Source: Bacillota bacterium (GTDB taxonomy: Bacteria; Bacillota; Limnochordia; Darwinibacteriales; Darwinibacteriaceae). Taken from it: a DNA stretch of 58,053 bases. The notes beneath the pieces were generated by a model. The model did no database searches, had not been told where the DNA came from, and saw nothing but the letters and a program-made list of their open reading frames with translations. Every line of letters starts with the position of its first letter. Positions within the stretch are counted from its first letter, which is position 1. The stretch covers positions 1 through 58,053 of the forward strand of contig JAAYMI010000011.1 in assembly GCA_012521465.1 (NCBI GenBank), read 5' to 3'. Below are positions 54,596 to 58,053 of this stretch, one piece after another. Position numbers and translations under genes: made by a program.

Positions 54596-55884
54596 GGATA
54601 AAGCTCCTTCCCAGGCTTGCTCAGCAGCTCAACAATATGCTCTGTCAGGATCTGAGTTGCCTCAGAATCGAATCTGGACGCCAATGCCTCATATGTCCCA
54701 GCGGCAATCATATCTGCAGTAGGGAAATAGCCCAGATAATCGTTGGATAGTCCCAGCAAGACCACCCTCTCGCCCCCAGGAAGACTGGATATGATCTCAC
54801 GGCGCGTTGTCTGCGTCAGTTCGCCCGGTACGGTCACAAAACTGACATTTCCTAGACGGAGCGCTGTCAGCACCGCTACTGCCGTTGTCTCACGCCTATG
54901 TACCGCATGTCCGAGCATTGCCTCCAAGCCTTCAACGATGCTCTCTCTCTTCCTGATCTCACCCCCGGCGCAAGAGGCGCCTTCTCTGGCGACCTCCGTG
55001 CGCAGCTGTGCGATCCGCGCCGCTATCTCATCTGCCGAAGGCAGTTCCTGCAAAGGCAATATGCAGCGCGCGGTATGGCACCACAGTGTTCTGTCGGTGA
55101 CTAAGTCCCCCTCACCAAGACAAGCCAGAATCCTGTCAGCCAGGATTCGCCCCAACCGATGCACTTCCTCATGCGTTTGCCTCTGGCGAGTAAAGCGGGT
55201 ACTCACATCTCCCGATGCGCCGTTGGTTAACAGACAGATGGACTTGGTCTCCCATTCGACGAAGTCCATAGCCCGGCCGAAAATATCGCCCGAATAGAGG
55301 AAGTTGTCATGGCCAAGAACTGTGGGGTGACAGGCGAAGTTGGCTACTACCCCCATGAGGCGGCCGTCTGTTCTGCTCCGCACGGCCAACACACGCACGG
55401 TGTTATCAATGAACCTGTCTGGATCAATGCGGTTCGCTGCCACTCCATCTACAGCCGCTTCCGAGTAATACAGGTCCACTTCGGTGCGCTCATGAATGGC
55501 TTTCCGGGCAAGCTCAAAGCCTGCACGCACTCTCGCCACAACAAAATCCCGATAGCCGGTCATCTCGGCAGCAGTGGTTTCACTAGCTGGCTGTTCCATA
55601 AGCACATCGGGTGCCGAGTGTGTATGGGTGCAGCAGGTGATGACTTCTATCTCCTCACCATCATTCTGCAGCGCCGCGCGTATTGCTGCAGCCAGATCCG
55701 CGTCTACTGCCAGCAGCTCCAGGAGAACCACCACCACCACTTGATCACTGCTGTCAATGGCCGATACTCGAGCGTACAGGCGGTCCATCACTCCTACCGC
55801 GTGCTTGTTCCCGCGCCTTATATATCCACCCAAAGGCAGCCCCTGTGGTGGGGTTATGTCGATCTTTGCAAAGCCTACATACAA
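54592..55884 (-). CDS. neutral/alkaline-ceramidase-N-terminal-like amidase, no signal peptide
   Basis: ORF 54592..55935. (L/M)YVGFAKIDITPPQGLPLGGY... and CCTHTHSAP resemble the bacterial ceramidase-like family as I remember it. TTG 55884 (GGAGGGG 5 nt upstream) is preferred. The N-terminus is not hydrophobic. Confidence 0.5.
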   Translation of the reverse strand: MYVGFAKIDITPPQGLPLGGYIRRGNKHAVGVMDRLYARVSAIDSSDQVVVVVLLELLAVDADLAAAIRAALQNDGEEIEVITCCTHTHSAPDVLMEQPASETTAAEMTGYRDFVVARVRAGFELARKAIHERTEVDLYYSEAAVDGVAANRIDPDRFIDNTVRVLAVRSRTDGRLMGVVANFACHPTVLGHDNFLYSGDIFGRAMDFVEWETKSICLLTNGASGDVSTRFTRQRQTHEEVHRLGRILADRILACLGEGDLVTDRTLWCHTARCILPLQELPSADEIAARIAQLRTEVAREGASCAGGEIRKRESIVEGLEAMLGHAVHRRETTAVAVLTALRLGNVSFVTVPGELTQTTRREIISSLPGGERVVLLGLSNDYLGYFPTADMIAAGTYEALASRFDSEATQILTEHIVELLSKPGKELYP

Positions 55885-55965
55885 GAAAACCCCTCCGTTT
55901 AGCCCTCGCCTGCTGCATCCGACTAGAGGGGCCAAAAGCCCCTCTAGTCAGCATTCGCCTTGAAA

Positions 55966-56679
55966 TCACCAACTCAGCCGCCACCTGTACCGCTCAATCA
56001 GTTTTTCATTGTACTCATCAGCATTGTCCATGTTCATGCTCTTCAGTACAGGCAGCTCGTGGCCGGCTTGCACCATAATCTCCATAGCCGCTAACATTAT
56101 CATGTTGATCAAAAGCGAACCCATGATGGTAGAACCAGCCCCGGACCTTATCTCTGTACCGGGTACGCCAACCAAGGCATCGCCAAAGTCAACACCGTTA
56201 TCGATAACGTAATCGGCAAGCTCATAGAGCTTCTTGCCGCTGCTGTGGCGGGACGAAACTTGTTTTGAGTAGGCAAGTGAAGTTAGGGCTACAGTGGTTA
56301 GTCCTTTGTGCTTGGCTTCCATACAAATCTCCACCGGAAGGGCATTTCTGCCCGAGTTAGAGATAATGATAATGACTTCACCTGCATTGAGGCCGTGTGC
56401 ACGCTCATATTCCTTTAGCAGGACACTTGCGTACCCTTCCACCCGTTCCGCCTTGCCCAGCATCGGGTCGGCGATACGGTTGACGGGCACTAACCCACCG
56501 GCCCGGCCTGATACTTCGCGAGCGATCATGTCGGAATGTCCGGAGCCAAAGGCGTGAACCATGCCGCCGGCCATGATGGTCCTTGCGATTTCGGCTCCCA
56601 CTGCCCCAATGGTGTCAAACTGGTCCCTTGATGATCCTAACAGCTCTTGAACTCGCTTAAGATATTCCTCATGTAGCAA
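55966..56679 (-). CDS. SIS-domain protein of the UPF0309 type
   Basis: ORF 55966..56679. MVHAFGSGHSDMIAREVSGRAGGLVPVN and IIISNSGRNALPVE. 237 aa, single SIS domain. Confidence 0.7.
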   Translation of the reverse strand: MLHEEYLKRVQELLGSSRDQFDTIGAVGAEIARTIMAGGMVHAFGSGHSDMIAREVSGRAGGLVPVNRIADPMLGKAERVEGYASVLLKEYERAHGLNAGEVIIIISNSGRNALPVEICMEAKHKGLTTVALTSLAYSKQVSSRHSSGKKLYELADYVIDNGVDFGDALVGVPGTEIRSGAGSTIMGSLLINMIMLAAMEIMVQAGHELPVLKSMNMDNADEYNEKLIERYRWRLSW

Positions 56680-56719
56680 TCTCTTCCCTCCAACGCGGCC
56701 GTCCGCGGCCGATACTTGG

Positions 56720-57724
56720 CTAGTTGACTGTGATCACTTTACCGGTGGCTGCCGACTCATGCACAGCAACAAGCATCTTTACATTCTCGAGGCCGTCCTC
56801 TATCGATGGTGACGGTTGAATTCCTTTCTCAAGTGCGTCAATAAATGCTTGGTAGGTAAATGCCGTCTGTCCCAGCAGCCTGCCATTAACCCGCATATCC
56901 ATTGTTCCCCTGTATTTCAGAGAGTCTTTCGTGATGTGGAACATCTGGTCCTGCGTATCCACAGATATGCTGCCCTTAGTCCCAACCAAGTCGAACTTGA
57001 AATCGAAAATCATCGGTGCGCCCTCAGGCGATACCCACTGCGACTCAAAGAAAGCTTGCGTGCCGTCCTCATATGTCACCAGGGCTTGCAGGGCATCATA
57101 TGTGTCAATGCCCATTTTCACAAGATGCTGTTTAACACCCGTTGCATAGATCGTCTTGGCACGTTTCCCCTTCAGCCAACTTGCCATATCCATCGTGTGG
57201 CTCATCAGGAACCAGGCCGGTGTGCTTCGGCTGGCCCAGCTCAGCATTTTCGTGGGCACGTAAATAGTGTCGTTGAGTTTTGTATTGATCGAAAGAATCT
57301 CGCCTACTTCCCCGCTGTCCACCGCGTTCTTGACCTGAATAAACGGCTGGTTAAAGCGATTAGAAAAGGCTACCTGCAGCTTTACCCCACTCTTCTTTAC
57401 GGCCTCAGCCATCTCTAGGGCCTCTTCGTAACTGGTAGCCATAGGTTTTTCCACAAGGATATTGACCCCGTAGCCCGCCGCCTGAAGGACATACTCGGTG
57501 TGGGCAAAATCTGGTGTGCCGATATAAACGAAATCCAAATCTGCTTCCTCAAACATCTCCTTTGCCGAGGCGAATCCCCTTAGCCCATGCTTCTTTGCCA
57601 ACTCTTCCGTTTTTGCTTTGTCAATATCGTAGATCCCCGCAACCTCCGTCCGCGGATCTTGGGAGATCAACTCAATATACTGAGTACCCTTGATGCCCAA
57701 CCCAATAATGCCACCTCGTAACAT
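56720..57724 (-). CDS. Gfo/Idh/MocA-family NAD(P)-dependent oxidoreductase
   Basis: ORF 56720..57724. GGIIGLGIKG Rossmann start, VLVEKPMA motif, C-terminal alpha/beta domain. GGAGG lies 7 nt before the ATG. Confidence 0.85.
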   Translation of the reverse strand: MLRGGIIGLGIKGTQYIELISQDPRTEVAGIYDIDKAKTEELAKKHGLRGFASAKEMFEEADLDFVYIGTPDFAHTEYVLQAAGYGVNILVEKPMATSYEEALEMAEAVKKSGVKLQVAFSNRFNQPFIQVKNAVDSGEVGEILSINTKLNDTIYVPTKMLSWASRSTPAWFLMSHTMDMASWLKGKRAKTIYATGVKQHLVKMGIDTYDALQALVTYEDGTQAFFESQWVSPEGAPMIFDFKFDLVGTKGSISVDTQDQMFHITKDSLKYRGTMDMRVNGRLLGQTAFTYQAFIDALEKGIQPSPSIEDGLENVKMLVAVHESAATGKVITVN

Positions 57725-57818
57725 CTTCCTACCTCCTAGTGTCTTTGATTAACAGTGATCTGCAGCGCCTTGACAACTCAAACTGCGGCTTCTGGTGTCT
57801 TGAGAATCCCTCCTATCT

Positions 57819-57910
57819 CTATTTGGACAAGCCAAACGTGAGTCCCTGAATCATATAGTCTCTGAAGGCAACGGCAATCGCCAACACCGGGATGATTGAC
57901 ATGACGCCGT
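57819..57910 (-). pseudogene. C-terminal stub (about 30 codons) of a CUT1 MalG-type permease
   Basis: The end of ORF 57819..58010 reads ...YGVMSIIPVLAIAVAFRDYMIQGLTFGLSK*, the typical last TM plus tail of a sugar permease. Everything upstream of about 57910 belongs to a different frame and gene (IS21 fragment). Confidence 0.55.
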
Positions 57911-58053
57911 ACGCATGACCACGTCCAGATGTTTCGCCCACTGCCGGTAATGGTAGCAGAACTGGGTATACTGAAACCCATCTGGTTGGATTTCCTTGTA
58001 TTCCCACCACAGGAGTTTCAGCGTGACACCTGGCCTGGACAGCTCCTTATGGA
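57911..58053 (-). mobile_element. internal fragment of an IS21-family istA transposase gene (continues beyond the right window edge)
   Basis: My reverse-strand reading gives HKELSRPGVTLKLLWWEYKEIQPDGFQYTQFCYHYRQWAKHLDVVMR. This matches the IstA pattern (GVTl.LLWeEY....p.gysYsqFc..Yr.W......MR) and then loses similarity at about 57911. Confidence 0.6.

Noticed and set aside
1-58053. Search by eye for CRISPR arrays, tRNA/rRNA genes, retron or DGR reverse transcriptases, toxin-antitoxin pairs and biosynthetic clusters
   Set aside because: I found no regularly spaced direct repeats, no tRNA T-loop/acceptor patterns, no RT motifs (YxDD) in any long ORF, and no small paired ORFs. Absence by eye is not proof; tRNAscan, CRISPR-finder and Rfam scans would be decisive.

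Overview
Scope and limits: all family calls below come from reading motifs in the ORF-track translations and my own reverse-strand reading. No database search was possible.

What the window is: a 58-kb carbohydrate-utilisation island, coded almost entirely on the minus strand. The YesM/YesN-type two-component system and the CUT1 importers that lack their own ATPase gene look Bacillota-like. Every secreted solute-binding protein has a plain type-I signal peptide and none has a lipobox, which hints at a diderm envelope. I can support about 50 protein genes. I recognised no rRNA, tRNA or CRISPR array.

Modules, left to right:
1. PfkB kinase plus a GntR regulator.
2. A small secreted protein plus a BadF-type (GlcNAc-kinase-like) ATPase.
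3. A FucA-type aldolase next to two kinase pseudogenes (rbsK 5' part joined to rhaB 3' part by a deletion).
4. An allose-like set (rpiB, AlsK-like ROK kinase, alsE) with a CUT1 ABC importer.
5. MFS, two tandem amidohydrolase-2 paralogs, a partner-less GatZ/KbaZ, a MelA-like GH4, a SIS protein and a GntR regulator.
6. A second GH4, a ROK kinase, a CUT1 importer and an AgaS-like SIS protein, with a divergent ROK repressor.
7. A CUT2 importer and sorbitol-dehydrogenase-like gene, followed by a binding-protein/histidine-kinase/AraC-response-regulator sensor.
8. A 1.2-kb coding desert with an IS66 transposase remnant.
9. A CUT2 importer, a Zn-ADH and a URO-D-family protein.
10. pdp, a chemoreceptor gene broken by one in-frame TGA, and an orphan AAA_21-type ATPase.
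11. A FrlB/FrlD-like pair and a divergent AlkA-like glycosylase.
12. ROK, nagA, a signal-less ceramidase-like amidase, a UPF0309 SIS protein and a Gfo/Idh/MocA oxidoreductase. Its upstream permease survives only as a 30-codon stub fused to an IS21 istA fragment.

Best candidates for undescribed biology:
- Module 5 (GH4 / GatZ-like / amidohydrolase pair).
- Module 12 (ceramidase-like / UPF0309 / NagA cluster).
- The URO-D-family gene inside a polyol operon.
- The 1.2-kb desert.
- The orphan AAA_21 ATPase.
- A recurrent GTCATAACATCAT / TGTyAT-palindrome motif upstream of four transcription units around the second GntR gene.
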